Shown here piece after piece: positions 63,067-64,000 of a stretch of 64,000 bases of DNA; position 1 is the first letter of the stretch; every line of letters starts with the position of its first letter. The stretch is from the NCBI GenBank assembly GCA_030055515.1, contig JASFYI010000002.1, forward strand, positions 63,290-127,289. The letters are read 5' to 3'. This DNA comes from Methanolinea sp. GTDB taxonomy: Archaea; Halobacteriota; Methanomicrobia; Methanomicrobiales; Methanospirillaceae. The notes under the pieces were generated by a model, which did no database searches, was not told where the DNA came from, and was given only the letters and a program-made list of their open reading frames with translations. A program made the translations under genes and the position numbers.

Positions 63067-64000
63067 GGGAGCTCTCCCGCAAGCTCGCAGGGATACCCCC
63101 CTCGGCGACGATCGAGATCTCGAACCTCGCGCGGCAGATGGAGAAGAGGGGGATCCCGGTCATCTCGCTCTCCATCGGGGAACCGGACTTTGACACCCCC
63201 CGCCACATCAAGGACGCCTGCATAAAGGCCCTCCTCGACGGCGAGACCCATTACGCCCCGAGCAACGGCATCCCCGAGCTCCTCGAGGCCATCGCGGCAA
63301 AGATAGCGAGGGAGAACGGTTTTTCGTGCACGCCGGACGAGGTCATCGTGACGTGTGGGGCAAAGGACGCGATCTACGACGCGATGGAGGCTGTCCTGAA
63401 CCCGGGCGAGGAGGTGATCATCCTCGACCCCGCGTGGGTCTCGTACGAGCCCTGCGTCGTGATCGCGGGGGGAAAGCCGGTCCACCACTCCCTCGACCAG
63501 GAGACGTTCCAGGTCGACGACAGCATCCTCGAGCGCGTCTCGCCCCGGACGAAGATGGTCATCGTGAACACGCCGTCGAACCCAAGCGGCGCGGTCCTCG
63601 ACAGGAAGTCGCTCTCCCTCATCGCGGACATGTGCGCGGACTACGACCTCATCGCCCTCTCCGACGAGATATACGAGAAGCTCACCTACGGGAAACCCCA
63701 CGTCTCCCTCGCGTCGATCGGGGACATGGCCGAGAGGACGATCACGGTGAACGGGTTCTCGAAGGCCTACGCGATGACCGGGTGGAGGCTCGGGTACGCC
63801 GTTGCCCCCCTCCCCATCATCCGGCAGATGTCGAAGGTCCAGCAGCACTCCGTGAGCCACCCGACGACGTTCGCGATGTACGGGGGCGTCGCGGCCCTCA
63901 CGTCCGACCAGTCGTGCGTGGAGGAGATGAGGAGGGAGTTCCAGAGGAGGCGCGACTTCCTCGCGGGGGAACTCCGGCTGATGGGGTACAGGACCGCACC
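63063..64000 (+). CDS. Class I/II PLP-dependent aminotransferase (aspartate aminotransferase-like), 3' end cut by window edge
   Basis: ATG 63063 (ATGA overlap with ribH), open to the window end. [36 protein letters not shown]. Paralogue of the 46155-47369 gene. Confidence 0.85.
   Translation, partial: MRELSRKLAGIPPSATIEISNLARQMEKRGIPVISLSIGEPDFDTPRHIKDACIKALLDGETHYAPSNGIPELLEAIAAKIARENGFSCTPDEVIVTCGAKDAIYDAMEAVLNPGEEVIILDPAWVSYEPCVVIAGGKPVHHSLDQETFQVDDSILERVSPRTKMVIVNTPSNPSGAVLDRKSLSLIADMCADYDLIALSDEIYEKLTYGKPHVSLASIGDMAERTITVNGFSKAYAMTGWRLGYAVAPLPIIRQMSKVQQHSVSHPTTFAMYGGVAALTSDQSCVEEMRREFQRRRDFLAGELRLMGYRTA

Overview
High-GC, densely coding archaeal chromosome segment. By gene content it is almost certainly from a cytochrome-less hydrogenotrophic methanogen of the Methanomicrobiales type: methanogenesis-marker/A2 operon, CofH, archaeal type II GAPDH, PolD small subunit, Hel308, Orc1/Cdc6, archaeal riboflavin synthase. 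I support 57 protein-coding genes, two of them cut by the window edges. I saw no rRNA, tRNA, CRISPR array, transposase or integrase. Many adjacent genes are translationally coupled through ATGA/GTGA overlaps. The six-frame track is full of long antisense shadow ORFs typical of high-GC DNA, which I rejected, and several real genes needed trimming to internal starts. Most notable content: (1) a chromosomal replication origin at about 43.6-44.3 kb, with inverted ORB boxes around an AT-rich unwinding element directly upstream of orc1/cdc6, plus an orphan ORB-like box upstream of hel308; (2) a seven-gene atwA-mmp3-mmp6-mmp5-mmp15-mmp17-mmp7 operon (MCR activation machinery) preceded by a soluble P-type-ATPase-like HAD gene; (3) a visibly lower-GC envelope-glycosylation island at about 24.4-31.1 kb that looks like an archaeal Gtr/CsbB-YfhO/Dpm-PMT-type extracytoplasmic glycosylation system, including a flippase-like/methyltransferase fusion; (4) a TudS-like Fe-S domain fused to a nucleoside 2-deoxyribosyltransferase-like domain; (5) a co-directional cluster of a degenerate EF-Tu-like protein, LemA, DUF2207, a PPC domain protein and a YgiQ radical SAM protein, of unknown function. 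All family calls rest on motifs read by eye, not database searches. Start codons and non-coding element coordinates are best estimates.
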